A stretch of 64,000 nt of DNA, taken from Obrimoposthia wandeli. Taxonomy: Eukaryota. The notes below the pieces were generated by a model. The model was not told the DNA's origin and ran no database searches. It was given only the letters and a program-made list of their open reading frames with translations. A program made the position numbers and the translations under genes. Location: contig CDROCS010006288.1 of the NCBI GenBank assembly GCA_977020255.1, forward strand, positions 1-64,000, in the 5' to 3' direction. Shown piece by piece: positions 18,531-30,946 of this stretch; the stretch's first letter is position 1; the number at the start of each line of letters is the position of its first letter.

Positions 18531-21005
18531 ATGAGCCTAAGAACAGCCAGAAAGAACATAGTAAACCGTGCAGTGATGATTGCACTTGCCGCAACATCAG
18601 TCACCTCAGTACAAGCATTTGCCGAAGAAGGCGCTGAAGAAGTAGAACGTATTGCAGTAACAGGTTCACGTATCAACAGAACTGATATAGAAAGCGCAAG
18701 CCCAATAACCGTTATCTCTTCAGACTTTATCACTAAGAGTGGTTTTACTTCCGTCCAAGAAATATTATCAATGCAACCGGCGGCTGCAGGTATGAGCCTA
18801 GGTTCAACCTCCAACAATGGCTCCGGAGGTTCTGCAACAGTAAACTTACGTGGTATGGGCGTGCAACGTACTTTAGTCTTAATGAATGGTCGCCGAATGG
18901 TTGCTTCGGGGACAGGCGCTGACTCTTCAGTAGATTTAAACACTATCCCGGTATCAATGATCCAATCCATTGAAATCTTAAAAGATGGCGCCTCTGCTGT
19001 TTATGGCTCAGATGCTATTGCAGGCGTAGTTAACATTATTACCAAAAAAGACTATGTGGGCACGGAAATATCTGTTGACGGTAGCATTACCGATAAAGGT
19101 GATGGCGAAAGTGGCGGTATTAGTATTCTACATGGCAGTGAAGTTGCCGGTGGTAACTTAGTTGTTGGCGTGCAATATTCGAATCGTGGTGAGATCATTC
19201 AATCAGATCGTGATTTTGTGCCACCAGGCGAATCTTCATTTGTACCGGGAGGCTCTTTAGGTGGTATGGTGCCAGATGGCTCGGGTGGTTTTGTTACCCG
19301 TGAAGAATCTTATGATTATACTGATGACAGCTACGCACAAACACCAAACGAGCTATTTAGTTTGTTTAGTAGCTTTAACACAGAAATTGCTGATGATACT
19401 GAGCTTAATGTTGATTTTATGTATACACGCCGTGAATCAAACCAACAAATGGCGCCACAACCGGCAGATATTGAGTTAGACCGAAGTAAACTTGATGATG
19501 GATATAACGATCAGTTTGATAAGTTTGACAAAGATGGCAACCCGGTCGATACCTTAACTTATAAACGTCGTATGACAGACGCCGGTCCTCGTATTTATGA
19601 ACAAGAGACCGATACCTACCGTGCTTCTGTCGGTTTGACGGGTTTATTAAGTAATGATTCACAGTGGGATATGTCAGCGACTTATGGCCGTAATGACTCA
19701 AAAGATAGCGTGGCTAATTCAATTCATGCGGGCAATATGGAAAAAAGCATTTATCAATATCAAGATGATTGGTTTAGTGGTGACCCAATGAATAGTGACT
19801 TCTTAGCGAGTGAAGGCATTATGTATACTGAACAAAATGAAGGTGGTAATGAACAATTTACTTTAGCCGCGGGTTTTAGTGGCGTTAATGATTACGATAT
19901 TGGTTACGCTGTCGGCGTCGAAACCCGTTATGAAAGTGGTTATTACACACCCGATTTAATTACTCAAGCTGGTGAAAGTACCGCAGCACAACAATTCGCT
20001 ACAGAAGGTAACTACTCGGTACAATCACTTTATGGTGAAATTTCTTTACCGGTAACCGATTCTTTCACTATTGAAGCCGCGACCCGTTATGATAACTACT
20101 CAACTTTTGGTGGCGCAGCTACGTGGAAGTTAGGTGCAACCTATAGTATTACTGATAGCTTGATGGTCAGAGCCGTTGCGGCAACTGGTTTTAGAGCACC
20201 AAGTGTTAGTGAATTATATGGTGGTGACTCTGGTTCTTTTGATTATTTAACGGACCCATGGAAAAACGAGGAAGATCCTCAAATTAAAGTTAATTATACT
20301 AGTGATGCAGACCTAAAGCCGGAAGAAAGTGAGTCATTTACTGCCGGTGTAGTATGGGAAGTTACCGAAGGCCTTTCTACTACTATGGATTACTGGAAGT
20401 TTGATATTACCAACGCTATTAGCCGCGTGAATGTACAGAACGAAATGAATCAGTGCTTTAGTGGTAATAACCCAGCAGCCTGTGAAACCATTAATATTAC
20501 CCCTGAGGGTGATTTATCCGACATGACGTCAACTTTAACTAATATTGGTCAACAAAATACTTCAGGTATTGACTGGAATGTCAGCTATGCTGCTGGCATA
20601 TTTAAAGTGATGCTTGATACTACTTATTTACTTGAATTTGAAGAAGATGGTGTAAGTTATGAAGGCACCATTGATGGAAACATGGGTGGTTACTCGCAAT
20701 TAAAATCTAACTTAACCGTTAGCGCCGATTTAACTGAAGATATAAACTTACTTTATACAGCAAATTATATCCAAGGTATGGAAGGTAATGCTTGGGGTGA
20801 CGAATACACTACAGATGATGTGATTTATCATAATATTTCTGCTGCATATCATATTAATGATGACTGGCAGGTTACCGGCGGGATTAAAAACTTGTTTGAT
20901 ACGGAGCCTGAAGAAGTTCCTGATGGCAATGACATGAATACAGTGCCAAACATCTATGATGTAATTGGTCGTACTTTCTTTGTAAATACTTCGTATAAGT
21001 TCTAG
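18531..21005 (+). CDS. TonB-dependent outer-membrane receptor
   Basis: Signal peptide, EVERIAVTGSRI TonB-box region, plug motifs (NLRGMGVQRTLVLMNGRR, IEILKDGASAVYGSDAIAGVVNI), C-terminal YKF; the ATG at 18531 has an RBS. Confidence 0.93.
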   Translation: MSLRTARKNIVNRAVMIALAATSVTSVQAFAEEGAEEVERIAVTGSRINRTDIESASPITVISSDFITKSGFTSVQEILSMQPAAAGMSLGSTSNNGSGGSATVNLRGMGVQRTLVLMNGRRMVASGTGADSSVDLNTIPVSMIQSIEILKDGASAVYGSDAIAGVVNIITKKDYVGTEISVDGSITDKGDGESGGISILHGSEVAGGNLVVGVQYSNRGEIIQSDRDFVPPGESSFVPGGSLGGMVPDGSGGFVTREESYDYTDDSYAQTPNELFSLFSSFNTEIADDTELNVDFMYTRRESNQQMAPQPADIELDRSKLDDGYNDQFDKFDKDGNPVDTLTYKRRMTDAGPRIYEQETDTYRASVGLTGLLSNDSQWDMSATYGRNDSKDSVANSIHAGNMEKSIYQYQDDWFSGDPMNSDFLASEGIMYTEQNEGGNEQFTLAAGFSGVNDYDIGYAVGVETRYESGYYTPDLITQAGESTAAQQFATEGNYSVQSLYGEISLPVTDSFTIEAATRYDNYSTFGGAATWKLGATYSITDSLMVRAVAATGFRAPSVSELYGGDSGSFDYLTDPWKNEEDPQIKVNYTSDADLKPEESESFTAGVVWEVTEGLSTTMDYWKFDITNAISRVNVQNEMNQCFSGNNPAACETINITPEGDLSDMTSTLTNIGQQNTSGIDWNVSYAAGIFKVMLDTTYLLEFEEDGVSYEGTIDGNMGGYSQLKSNLTVSADLTEDINLLYTANYIQGMEGNAWGDEYTTDDVIYHNISAAYHINDDWQVTGGIKNLFDTEPEEVPDGNDMNTVPNIYDVIGRTFFVNTSYKF

Positions 21006-21054
21006 CAGGCAATAATTGCTGATTTTATTGTAGATAATTACAGCACTTCATATT

Positions 21055-21080
21055 AAAGGCGACTGCAAAGTCGTCTTTTT
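21055..21080 (+). terminator. Terminator after TonB-dependent receptor
   Basis: aaaggcgact-gcaa-agtcgtcttttt. Confidence 0.75.
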
Positions 21081-21268
21081 GGATCTCATTATCTTATTGA
21101 AAGGTGCTTACCCATAAAATAAATATTGTTTTAGCTCATCATTTACCAATTCATTTACCGTTTTTACTCGTTTCCCTGCATTATTTAGGTATATAATGTT
21201 GTTACATAAAGCATGAACTAACACATAGGTTAGTCATGTGAGCATCAAATATCAGGAGTTAAATTATT

Positions 21269-21526
21269 ATGGGTGGAATCGGAATTTGGCAGCTAGTTAT
21301 TGTTGCCGTGATCGTAGTGTTATTATTCGGAACTAAAAAATTACGTAATATAGGTGGTGATTTAGGTTCAGCGATTAAAGGCTTCAAAAGTGCTATAGGT
21401 GAAGAAAAAGAACAAAAAAATAGTGCAGAAAAAACTTCAGATACTTTAGCTGATAGCTCAAAGAGCGCTACAGAAGAAGTGGTCAAAACAAAAGAAAGTA
21501 AGACTAAAGAAACTGATCAGGCCTAA
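21269..21526 (+). CDS. tatA: Twin-arginine translocase TatA
   Basis: [40 protein letters not shown]. Confidence 0.97.
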   Translation: MGGIGIWQLVIVAVIVVLLFGTKKLRNIGGDLGSAIKGFKSAIGEEKEQKNSAEKTSDTLADSSKSATEEVVKTKESKTKETDQA

Positions 21527-21529
21527 TAT

Positions 21530-21997
21530 ATGTTTGATGTTGGCTTTTGGGAATTAATCCTCATAGCAATTATGGGCTTAGTTATTTTAGGTCCTGAACG
21601 CTTACCGGTTGCAATCCGTACTCTTCGTGGCTGGATGACAGGTGCTCGAAAGTTTAGTGACACGGTTAAATCTGAGCTTACAGAAGAATTACGCATACAT
21701 GAATTACATGCTAACTTAAAAAAAGCAGAACAAAGTAACTTAGAAAATTTAAGTCCCGAGGTTGCCGCGTCATTGAAATCGTTGCGAGAAGCCGCGGACT
21801 CTGTCTCTGAGCCTTTCAAAAAGGTCGACAGACAACCATTAGAATCAATGATTGCTTCTTCATTAGCTTCAGCTCCGCATGTTAAAGTTGAGCCGGAGAC
21901 GGAGCAAGATATTGAAGAGCCAAAGATATCAAGTGCTCCAACAGAAAATGCAGAAAAACCAGATAAACTAGTTAATCCAGAAAGTGATAAACTTTAA
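21530..21997 (+). CDS. tatB: Twin-arginine translocase TatB
   Basis: [26 protein letters not shown]. Confidence 0.97.
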   Translation: MFDVGFWELILIAIMGLVILGPERLPVAIRTLRGWMTGARKFSDTVKSELTEELRIHELHANLKKAEQSNLENLSPEVAASLKSLREAADSVSEPFKKVDRQPLESMIASSLASAPHVKVEPETEQDIEEPKISSAPTENAEKPDKLVNPESDKL

Positions 21998-21999
21998 CC

Positions 22000-22770
22000 A
22001 TGAGTACTCCCCCAGCACAAGTTGCCAGCCTGTTTGATCATCTTTTAGAACTGCGTAATCGTTTATTGCGAGCAATTCTCGGAGTAATGATAGTTTTTTG
22101 TTGTTTAGTCTATTTTGCACAAGATATATATCAATACGTGGCGCAGCCATTATTAGCTACCATGCCAGAAGGGTCACAAATGATAGCGACCGATGTCGCT
22201 TCTCCATTTTTTGCACCCTTTAAGTTAACTTTGGTTTTATCCCTATTTATTGCGATGCCATTCGTTTTATATCAAGTGTGGTCATTTGTTGCACCTGGTT
22301 TGTACAGTAATGAAAAGCGTATGATTGCTCCGTTAATGTTTGGTTCTACACTGTTGTTTTATAGTGGTATCGCTTTTGCGTATTTTCTTGTATTTCCTGT
22401 GGTATTTGCCTTTTTTACTTCGGTCGCACCAGAAGGTGTTGTTATTGCCACTGATATCAGTAGTTATCTAGATTTCATCTTAAAACTATTTTTCGCTTTT
22501 GGTGCCGCATTTGAAATTCCTATCGCAATTATTTTAATGTGTTGGACAGGTATAACGACACCTGATAGCTTAAGAGAAAAGCGACCTTATGTGGTAGTAG
22601 GTGCATTTGTCATTGGTATGTTGTTGACACCACCTGATATTATTTCACAAACTATGTTGGCCGTGCCAATGCTAGTTTTATTTGAAGTGGGTATTATTAT
22701 TGCTTCGTTTTATCATAAAGAAGATGAAGATGAAGACGAATCGAATAATATAAAGGAAAATGAAAAATGA
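22000..22770 (+). CDS. tatC: Twin-arginine translocase TatC
   Basis: [40 protein letters not shown]. Confidence 0.97.
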   Translation: MSTPPAQVASLFDHLLELRNRLLRAILGVMIVFCCLVYFAQDIYQYVAQPLLATMPEGSQMIATDVASPFFAPFKLTLVLSLFIAMPFVLYQVWSFVAPGLYSNEKRMIAPLMFGSTLLFYSGIAFAYFLVFPVVFAFFTSVAPEGVVIATDISSYLDFILKLFFAFGAAFEIPIAIILMCWTGITTPDSLREKRPYVVVGAFVIGMLLTPPDIISQTMLAVPMLVLFEVGIIIASFYHKEDEDEDESNNIKENEK

Positions 22771-23258
22771 CAAGTAGCATTAAACTCACTTATTTTACCG
22801 TAATTACTAGCTTATTATTATCACCAACGGTGTTAGCCAAAGAAGAAAACCTTTCGGATAGAATTCAAGATTGTGTAAAAATAAGTCAAGATACGGCAAG
22901 ACTTACTTGTTTTGATCAATTGACAAGTAAAAGCAGTACCATAAGTGCGGAGCCTGAAGTAACTGACTTGACAGCCGAACAAGTTGATTCCTTTTCTAAA
23001 GGGCAGGTGAAAAAAACGAGTGAAGAATTAGCTAACGAAATAAATTCTATTACCCTAACGATTAGTAAATTAAGCAAAACACCTTACGGGCAATGGAAAA
23101 TTACCTTTGAGAATGGTCAAAAATGGCAACAAAAAGATAGTTATAAACTGAGTCTAAAAACAGGCCAACGCGTGGTTTTAACTAAAGGGGCGATTACCTC
23201 TGTGTTTTTGCAAAAAGAAAATACTAAGAAACGTATTAAAGTAAAAAGGCTTAAATAG
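22767..23258 (+). CDS. Secreted hypothetical protein
   Basis: Signal peptide; C…D.ARL.CFD motif; [13 protein letters not shown]; overlaps tatC stop (ATGA). Confidence 0.75.
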   Translation: MTSSIKLTYFTVITSLLLSPTVLAKEENLSDRIQDCVKISQDTARLTCFDQLTSKSSTISAEPEVTDLTAEQVDSFSKGQVKKTSEELANEINSITLTISKLSKTPYGQWKITFENGQKWQQKDSYKLSLKTGQRVVLTKGAITSVFLQKENTKKRIKVKRLK

Positions 23259-23270
23259 ATCGAGATTAAT

Positions 23271-24098
23271 TTGAATAAAAGCACTTTGATAGATATTGGC
23301 GTTAACTTAACCAATAAGCGCTTTGAGAAAGACCGCGAAGATGTTATTCGACGGGCTCAAATGGCTCAATTAGATGGTTTGTTGATTACCGGTACTAGTG
23401 TTGAAGAAAGCCAGAAAGCATTAGCTTTGTGCCAGCATTATCAAACAAGTTTTCCTGACTTTTTATATAGCACTGCAGGAGTGCACCCCCATGATGCTGA
23501 TCATGTAAGCGCTGACTACTTAGATCAACTCAAGTTATTAGCGAAACAAGAGCATGTTAAGGCAATTGGTGAGTGTGGTTTAGATTTCAATCGAAATTTT
23601 TCAGCACCAGCACAACAACAAAAGATATTTAGCGAACAAGTTACTTTAGCTTCAGAACTGCAAATGCCACTATTTTTGCATCAAAGAGATGCTTTTGACC
23701 CATGGTTTACTACGCTATCACCCTATTTCTCTAAAGTTCCTGCTATGGTTGCACATTGTTTTACCGGCTCTAAAGCTGAACTCACTCAGTGTATAGCAGC
23801 GGATATGTATATAGGAATCACAGGTTGGTTATGTGATGAGCGTAGAGGTCAGAGTTTACGGGATATTGTTAGTCTAATTCCTATAAATCGATTACTCATT
23901 GAGACTGATGCTCCTTATCTAACACCTCGAACAATTCGACCAAAACCTAAAAGTAGCCGTAATGAACCGTGTTACTTACCATTTATAGTCAAAGAAATTG
24001 CCAGTATTACAGGTCTTGACCAAGAAGAGATTGCTTGGCAAACTAGCCGTAATGCCGCAAAGGTGTTTGATTTTCCTTCAAAGAAAGAAATGATATAA
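23271..24098 (+). CDS. tatD: TatD family metal-dependent nuclease
   Basis: IDIGVNL, GVHPHDA, AIGECGLDF, FLHQRDA, HCFTG, ETDAPYL. Confidence 0.93.
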   Translation: MNKSTLIDIGVNLTNKRFEKDREDVIRRAQMAQLDGLLITGTSVEESQKALALCQHYQTSFPDFLYSTAGVHPHDADHVSADYLDQLKLLAKQEHVKAIGECGLDFNRNFSAPAQQQKIFSEQVTLASELQMPLFLHQRDAFDPWFTTLSPYFSKVPAMVAHCFTGSKAELTQCIAADMYIGITGWLCDERRGQSLRDIVSLIPINRLLIETDAPYLTPRTIRPKPKSSRNEPCYLPFIVKEIASITGLDQEEIAWQTSRNAAKVFDFPSKKEMI

Positions 24099-24980
24099 AT
24101 GAAGTCATTGGTTAGAGCAAAAATTGCAGGTTTTACTTCTTTGTTGATGACATATTCACCTGTAAGTAATGCTATGACTGAACAAAATGCTGAGCACCTA
24201 TGTTTGGGCATGGGAGTTTTCTTAGGGTGCTTAATTACCATCTTATTAGGTTTATATTTAACTCGACATTTTCGAAGAAGATACCAAAAAATGTTACAGC
24301 AGCTTCAGCTTGCAAAAAGTAATGCTAAAATCGCTGAGCAAACGATGAAAACCTTGGCAAATGAACAACAAGATAGCCAAGACTTATTAGAAGAAAGGGT
24401 ACAAGAGCGTACATTAGAACTGAACATTGCCTTGCAAGAGTTGGAAAGTGCTAATCAAGAACTTGAACGTAAAAATGTTTTAGATGAACTAACGGGTCTA
24501 CATAATCGCCGATTTTATGATCAAAAAATAGTAGCCGAATACCGACGTAGTCGTCGTAACCTTACCGCGTTAAGTTTAGTGTTAATTGATGTCGACCTTT
24601 TCAAAGCAGTTAATGATACTCATGGACACCTAGCAGGTGATCAATGTTTAATTTGGTTGGCCAATCATATAAAGCAAAGTTTAAAGCGAAGCACCGATAA
24701 AGCATTTCGTTACGGAGGAGAAGAGTTCTGCTTAATCTTACCTAATACCGATGCCAAAGGAGCCTTACTCTTTGCTGAACAATTACGCGTAAAGGTACAT
24801 GAGCAAGCTTTTCAATTTCGAGATGTCGAAATTCCACTGACAATCAGTTGCGGTATTTCTACTTATCAACAACAAGTTGATATTGGTCCCGAGCAAATAT
24901 TTTCAGGTGCAGACAATGCTTTATATCAAGCTAAGCACAATGGCCGAAATCAAACCAAACAACACATTTTCACAGAATAA
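24099..24980 (+). CDS. Diguanylate cyclase (signal/TM + coiled coil + GGDEF)
   Basis: DELTGLHNRR, DVDLFKAVNDTHGHLAGD, RxxD I-site (RSTD) and RYGGEEF. Confidence 0.92.
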   Translation: MKSLVRAKIAGFTSLLMTYSPVSNAMTEQNAEHLCLGMGVFLGCLITILLGLYLTRHFRRRYQKMLQQLQLAKSNAKIAEQTMKTLANEQQDSQDLLEERVQERTLELNIALQELESANQELERKNVLDELTGLHNRRFYDQKIVAEYRRSRRNLTALSLVLIDVDLFKAVNDTHGHLAGDQCLIWLANHIKQSLKRSTDKAFRYGGEEFCLILPNTDAKGALLFAEQLRVKVHEQAFQFRDVEIPLTISCGISTYQQQVDIGPEQIFSGADNALYQAKHNGRNQTKQHIFTE

Positions 24981-26039
<1,059 letters not shown>

Positions 26040-26087
26040 GCGCGTTTTACGATAAACAAGCTGCAGGCAGCAGTGTGAAAATATAAT

Positions 26088-26116
26088 AAAAAAGCGCGAT
26101 TTAATCGCGCTTTTTT
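26088..26116. terminator. Bidirectional terminator
   Basis: aaaaaagcgcgat-tta-atcgcgctttttt. Confidence 0.85.
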
Positions 26117-26160
26117 ATGGGTAAATATTGAATCTATTTTAAAGACTTACTGTATTTTCA

Positions 26161-26817
26161 CTATAATTTCTTAGCGGTAAGAATTTTTTGACATGATGGC
26201 CTTGTCATTAAATCAGCTAAGTATTGCTCTACTTTTGGGTAGTCACCTATTAAGTTAAAACCAGCGGGTAAGCAGGAGATATAATGCAACATAGGCGCTA
26301 GTAAGGCATCTGCTATGGTGAATTCTTGAGAAGATAAGGCTGTCTTTTCAGTTAGCAGTTGTTCAATAATGCCAAAAGTAGCAGCTGCTTTTGGTTGTAC
26401 TTCTTTAACGACGTCAAAACGGATACTATTATTTTCTCCCTTTGGAAAAGCAAATTCTAGTAAATATTCTCGAACTAATACCTTATCTATGTCTATTGAA
26501 ATAAGTGCACAAAGCGCGTCATGCCGTGCATAATCGTGATTGTTGTTAGGCTGTAGCTGCTTGTCTGCATCAAGATAGCGGCAAATACTGGCTGTTTCAG
26601 GTAAAGCTAGTTCCTCTTGTGGCTTACTTTCAAGTAACACGGGTATTTTGCCAAAAGGGTGCCAATTGAGATGTTGTTCGCCTTTAAAAGTAACATCGTT
26701 ACCATCTACTTCAAAACCCACAGTGTAAGCAACCTGCTTTTCTTCGCATACAAGCATGACGGAACGAACAAAATTTGAAAAACGTGGTCCGTAAATATGT
26801 ACTGGTTTTACTGTCAT
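26161..26817 (-). CDS. Glutathione S-transferase family protein
   Basis: HPFGKIP, ETASICRYLD, FTIADALLAP. Confidence 0.85.
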   Translation of the reverse strand: MTVKPVHIYGPRFSNFVRSVMLVCEEKQVAYTVGFEVDGNDVTFKGEQHLNWHPFGKIPVLLESKPQEELALPETASICRYLDADKQLQPNNNHDYARHDALCALISIDIDKVLVREYLLEFAFPKGENNSIRFDVVKEVQPKAAATFGIIEQLLTEKTALSSQEFTIADALLAPMLHYISCLPAGFNLIGDYPKVEQYLADLMTRPSCQKILTAKKL

Positions 26818-26875
26818 ATATTTCTCCCTTATTTATATAAATAACTTTATTAGGCAATAATCTAGTCTCATTGAC

Positions 26876-26895
26876 AATATGTTCAAGAACATATT
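26876..26895. promoter_or_regulatory. Perfect 9-2-9 palindrome, probable TetR operator
   Basis: AATATGTTC-AA-GAACATATT next to TTGACA (26871) between divergent GST and TetR genes. Confidence 0.6.
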
Positions 26896-26963
26896 TTAAA
26901 AATGTGAAATACTGGTTTGATGATTAAGTTTTTAATACCAACCGAAATAATTGGAGTTTTGTG

Positions 26964-27533
26964 ATGGCGTGGCAAGAAACTCATAAAGAGCAATCAAAAG
27001 ATAGGATATTAAAAAGCGCTGCGATGCTTTTTACTCATCACGGTTTTGAAAAGATATCGATAGACCAAGTGATGAAAAATGCCGAACTCACCAGAGGAGC
27101 ATTTTATAGCCACTTCAGTTCGAAAAGTGATCTATACGCGCAAGCAATAAGCAAAGCTGCAAAAGTAGCCTACAAACGTAAGCCAGTAAATTGTCCCCAG
27201 AATATGAAAGACTTTGCTCAATACTATTTAAGTAGTGAACATAGGGATAATAATTATGAACAGGCATGTCCATTAGCTTTTTTGGTTTCAGATATTAGTC
27301 AACAAGATAATCAAGTTAAAGAGACTTATACCAAGACATTGAAAGCCTTTCTAGAGCAAGCTCAATCATTAACCGTCAGTCGAGAAAAAGCACTACAAAG
27401 CGCAGTGCTGATGATTGGTGGACTCGCTATATCAAGGGCTTTAGATGATAAAGACTTTAGCAATGAACTGTTAGCTGCTTGTCAAAAAGGGGTAATTTCA
27501 TTATCAACAGAAGAGGACACTGATGTCAGCTGA
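26964..27533 (+). CDS. TetR/AcrR family regulator
   Basis: ILKSAAMLF…ISIDQVMKNAELTRGAFYSHF HTH; CPL motif. Confidence 0.9.
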   Translation: MAWQETHKEQSKDRILKSAAMLFTHHGFEKISIDQVMKNAELTRGAFYSHFSSKSDLYAQAISKAAKVAYKRKPVNCPQNMKDFAQYYLSSEHRDNNYEQACPLAFLVSDISQQDNQVKETYTKTLKAFLEQAQSLTVSREKALQSAVLMIGGLAISRALDDKDFSNELLAACQKGVISLSTEEDTDVS

Positions 27534-27825
27534 ATGGAGCATAATACTACTAAACGCTGTGATTATCGTTGTTGCTTATGCTTGGGTGTATCCCAAATTG
27601 GCAGGTAAGAATATCAATAAAGTGGCGGTATTTGACTGCGTAACTTCTGGTTTAGCACTGGTTATTGTGGCAAATAAATATTGGGGAAAGGGCGTTGAAT
27701 TTTCTTTTCTATTGTTTGAGTTAAATTGGTTTTGGTTTACCTTGTTAAGTTACAGTGTCATTGAAATACCTATTGCACTTTGGTATTTCAGAGCTTCACT
27801 ATGTAAAGATAACCCTGGTAAGTAA
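27523..27825 (+). CDS. Small membrane protein, hypothetical
   Basis: Three hydrophobic segments; overlaps the TetR stop codon. Confidence 0.7.
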   Translation: MSAEWSIILLNAVIIVVAYAWVYPKLAGKNINKVAVFDCVTSGLALVIVANKYWGKGVEFSFLLFELNWFWFTLLSYSVIEIPIALWYFRASLCKDNPGK

Positions 27826-27868
27826 AGGTGAATAAAAAGAAATAGCTAAAGGTAATATGGGGTTACGG

Positions 27869-28861
27869 CTAGATAATCTTAGCGTCAGGGACTAATTCAA
27901 AGAGTAAACCTTCACGCAGTGCGCCACTTGAAAGGCATAGTGTTTCAATATGCAGACATTGAAATAAAGCGATTAAAATGCTTAAACCGCTGGCTAATAC
28001 CGCCGTACGATCAGCTCTTAGCCCTGCTATCTCAATATTATCTATAGTTTTACAATCGATCAGTATTTGCTGAATCTCATAAAGAAATTCTAAGGTGATA
28101 ACTGGTGTTTGCTGACGTTGGATAAGTATCTCAGCCATGGCTTGCATAGTACCAGAGCTTCCAACCGCAGATTGCCAACCAAGTTGAATGAACTCTGCTT
28201 TCACGGTGTTGATAATATCGGCAGCACCGGCAATACATTGATTAAAATTTTCTTTTTTTAATAGATCATCAGTAAAGTACTTGCCAATAAAACTAACGCA
28301 ACCAATGTTTAAACTAACCACTTTTTTCGCAGTACAACCTAAACCAACGATAATTTCGGTACTAGCACCGCCAATATCGAGGACTAATTGCTTAGCAGAA
28401 GATTGCTGGATATTTGATATAGAGGTATGGGCAACACCAGCATAAATTGTTTTGGCCTCTTGTTCTCCGCTCAGTAATTTTATTTCTTTGGGTAAAATTT
28501 TCTTAGCGGCATCAAAAAATACCTGATTATTCTTAGCAATGCGTAATGCAGCTGTTGCGACAATAAGAATATTATTTACTGGAATACTATTGAGATATAA
28601 AGCGAAGTTTTTAATACAATCAAGACCGCGTGTTATGGCCTCATCTGTAAGTAGATTATTACTAGTTAAACCCGCAGCTAAGCGAACTTTTTGCTTAACT
28701 TTGTTAACGGTTTTTATAGATTTACCCGTTGGTGTTGTCACTAATTGGGTAATAAGGAGGTGGAAACTATTAGAGCCTAAATCGACCACAGCATAATGAT
28801 TTTTATCATACTGTGGAATTGCCATTTTTGTGGCTTGATTTTGGCTCACTAGATCAGTCAA
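27869..28861 (-). CDS. gppA: Ppx/GppA family phosphatase (short form)
   Basis: VDLGSNSFHL, VATAALR, LSGEQEA, DIGGASTE, ALREG; downstream of rhlB as in enterobacteria. Confidence 0.85.
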   Translation of the reverse strand: MTDLVSQNQATKMAIPQYDKNHYAVVDLGSNSFHLLITQLVTTPTGKSIKTVNKVKQKVRLAAGLTSNNLLTDEAITRGLDCIKNFALYLNSIPVNNILIVATAALRIAKNNQVFFDAAKKILPKEIKLLSGEQEAKTIYAGVAHTSISNIQQSSAKQLVLDIGGASTEIIVGLGCTAKKVVSLNIGCVSFIGKYFTDDLLKKENFNQCIAGAADIINTVKAEFIQLGWQSAVGSSGTMQAMAEILIQRQQTPVITLEFLYEIQQILIDCKTIDNIEIAGLRADRTAVLASGLSILIALFQCLHIETLCLSSGALREGLLFELVPDAKII

Positions 28862-28893
28862 TGTGCTTTATATCCAAGGCTGCAGCTAATTAG

Positions 28894-30180
28894 TTAGCTA
28901 CGAGTGCCGCGGTTAGGATTACCACCACGGTTTCCTTGTCTAGGGTTTGCACGACCGCCTTGTCTGTTAGCGCCTGTTCTAGGGCGGCGTTGACGAGGTT
29001 TAGGTCTTGGTAGATCAGTCAATAAAGCATCATGATCATACTTTGTTACTGGCAGTTCATGGCCAATATACGTTTCAATTTCTGGTAAATTAAAAACATA
29101 TTGTTCACAAGCTAAGCTGATTGCATGACCTGTTTCACCAGCACGACCTGTACGACCAATACGGTGAACATAATCTTGACAATCGTCAGGCAAATCATAG
29201 TTAAACACATGAGTAACACTAGGAATATGTAAACCACGTGCAGCAACATCAGTTGCCACTAGAATATCTACCGTACCTTCAGTAAATTCTTCTAATATCT
29301 TTAGGCGTTTCTTTTGTGGCACATCGCCAGTTAGCAAACCAACACGAATTTTATCGGCATTTAGATGGTCAAAAACCTTTTCACAAACGTGTTTAGTATT
29401 TGCAAAAACAATAGCCTTTTCTGGCCAATCTTCTTCAATTAACGTTTGCAGTAAAGTCATTTTATCTTCGTTTGATGGATAAAATAGTTCTTCACTGATA
29501 CGGCTGTTGGTTTTTTGCTCTGGCTCTACTTCTACGCTGGTTGGATCGTTCATGTGGTCAAAGGCAAGCTCTTTAACACGGAATGATAAAGTAGCAGAGA
29601 ACAGCATGCTTAAACGTTCTGTAGCAGGAGGCATTTTATCAAACATATAACGTATATCTTTAATAAAGCCTAAATCAAACATTCTGTCAGCTTCATCAAG
29701 TACAATAACTTCGATATTTTTTAAGTTGTAAATACCTTGCTTCATGTAATCAATCAAACGACCACAAGTACCAATAAGAATATCAACACCAGCTTCTAGT
29801 TCTAAACGTTGACTTTCATAACCTTCGCCCCCATATACAACACCAAGGCGTAATCCGGAACTTTTCGCCATTTCAGTTGCATCACGATGAATTTGTATTG
29901 CTAATTCACGTGTAGGAGCCATGATCAAGGCACGTGGTTGATTATGTGTAGGAGCTTCTTTTTGAAGCAAATGATGGAAAGTAGCGGCTAAAAAGGCAAT
30001 GGTTTTACCTTCACCAGTTTGTGCTTGGCCAGCTAAATCTGTGCCTTGCAAAAGAACGGGTAAAGATTTCGCCTGAATAGACGTACAATAATCGAAGCCC
30101 ATGGCTTCTAATCCGGTCACTACTTGCGGAGCAAGATTTAGGTCAGCGAATTTAGTTTCAGTTAAGTGTGTTTTTTTCAT
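28894..30180 (-). CDS. rhlB: DEAD-box RNA helicase RhlB
   Basis: [31 protein letters not shown]; divergent from trxA. Confidence 0.95.
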   Translation of the reverse strand: MKKTHLTETKFADLNLAPQVVTGLEAMGFDYCTSIQAKSLPVLLQGTDLAGQAQTGEGKTIAFLAATFHHLLQKEAPTHNQPRALIMAPTRELAIQIHRDATEMAKSSGLRLGVVYGGEGYESQRLELEAGVDILIGTCGRLIDYMKQGIYNLKNIEVIVLDEADRMFDLGFIKDIRYMFDKMPPATERLSMLFSATLSFRVKELAFDHMNDPTSVEVEPEQKTNSRISEELFYPSNEDKMTLLQTLIEEDWPEKAIVFANTKHVCEKVFDHLNADKIRVGLLTGDVPQKKRLKILEEFTEGTVDILVATDVAARGLHIPSVTHVFNYDLPDDCQDYVHRIGRTGRAGETGHAISLACEQYVFNLPEIETYIGHELPVTKYDHDALLTDLPRPKPRQRRPRTGANRQGGRANPRQGNRGGNPNRGTRS

Positions 30181-30239
30181 GGCGCTAGCTTAACAGTTTT
30201 GTTAACAAAATAGTTGCTTAATAAATAATTAATTAGATT

Positions 30240-30424
30240 TATACCAAGTCCATTAAGTTATTTCCCTCTGAGCGAGAATTAAAAGCTTTAGAAGCAAGGC
30301 TTTGATTGAAGATAATGGTACTTCCTTATCAAAATCAATAACCCTTTATATAAGCCTTTTAAACTCGTACTTTGGGAACTTGTCAGAAAAGTGATAACGA
30401 CATAAGTTTGTTTGACTTAGAATA
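30240..30424. mobile_element. MITE family B copy (TATACCAA end)
   Basis: Aligns with the reverse complement of 18215..18344; degenerate second end gacttagaata. Confidence 0.65.
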
Positions 30425-30609
30425 ACTAGATCTACACTAACTTTATTTGTTCTAACTTCCCTGACATAGCTCTGAGCTGGAAACTAACTTATTAGAATTG
30501 CTATTACTGCTTAATTAATACCAATGTTACATAAAACAGTATTGGAAAAGCAGTGAATCACGGTATAATTACCACAAAGGCGTTTTCGCCATAACAAACG
30601 GAGAATATG

Positions 30610-30936
30610 ATGAGCGATAAAATTGTTCAGCTAACTGATGATAGTTTTGAAGCAGATGTATTAAAAGCATCGGGTTTAGTATTAGTTGATTTTTGGGCTG
30701 AATGGTGTGGTCCTTGTAAAATGATTGCCCCAGTACTTGATGATATTGCCACAGAATACGATGGCAAAGTGACTGTTGGTAAATTAAACATAGATCAAAA
30801 CTCAGCGACACCACCTAAATATGGTGTACGTGGTATTCCAACATTATTACTTTTTAAAGATGGTGAAATTGCTGACACTAAAGTGGGCGCACTGTCGAAA
30901 ACTCAATTAAAAGAGTTTTTAGATAAAAACTTGTAA
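30610..30936 (+). CDS. trxA: Thioredoxin 1
   Basis: WCGPC; precedes rho. Confidence 0.98.
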   Translation: MSDKIVQLTDDSFEADVLKASGLVLVDFWAEWCGPCKMIAPVLDDIATEYDGKVTVGKLNIDQNSATPPKYGVRGIPTLLLFKDGEIADTKVGALSKTQLKEFLDKNL

Positions 30937-30946
30937 GTGTATAATT

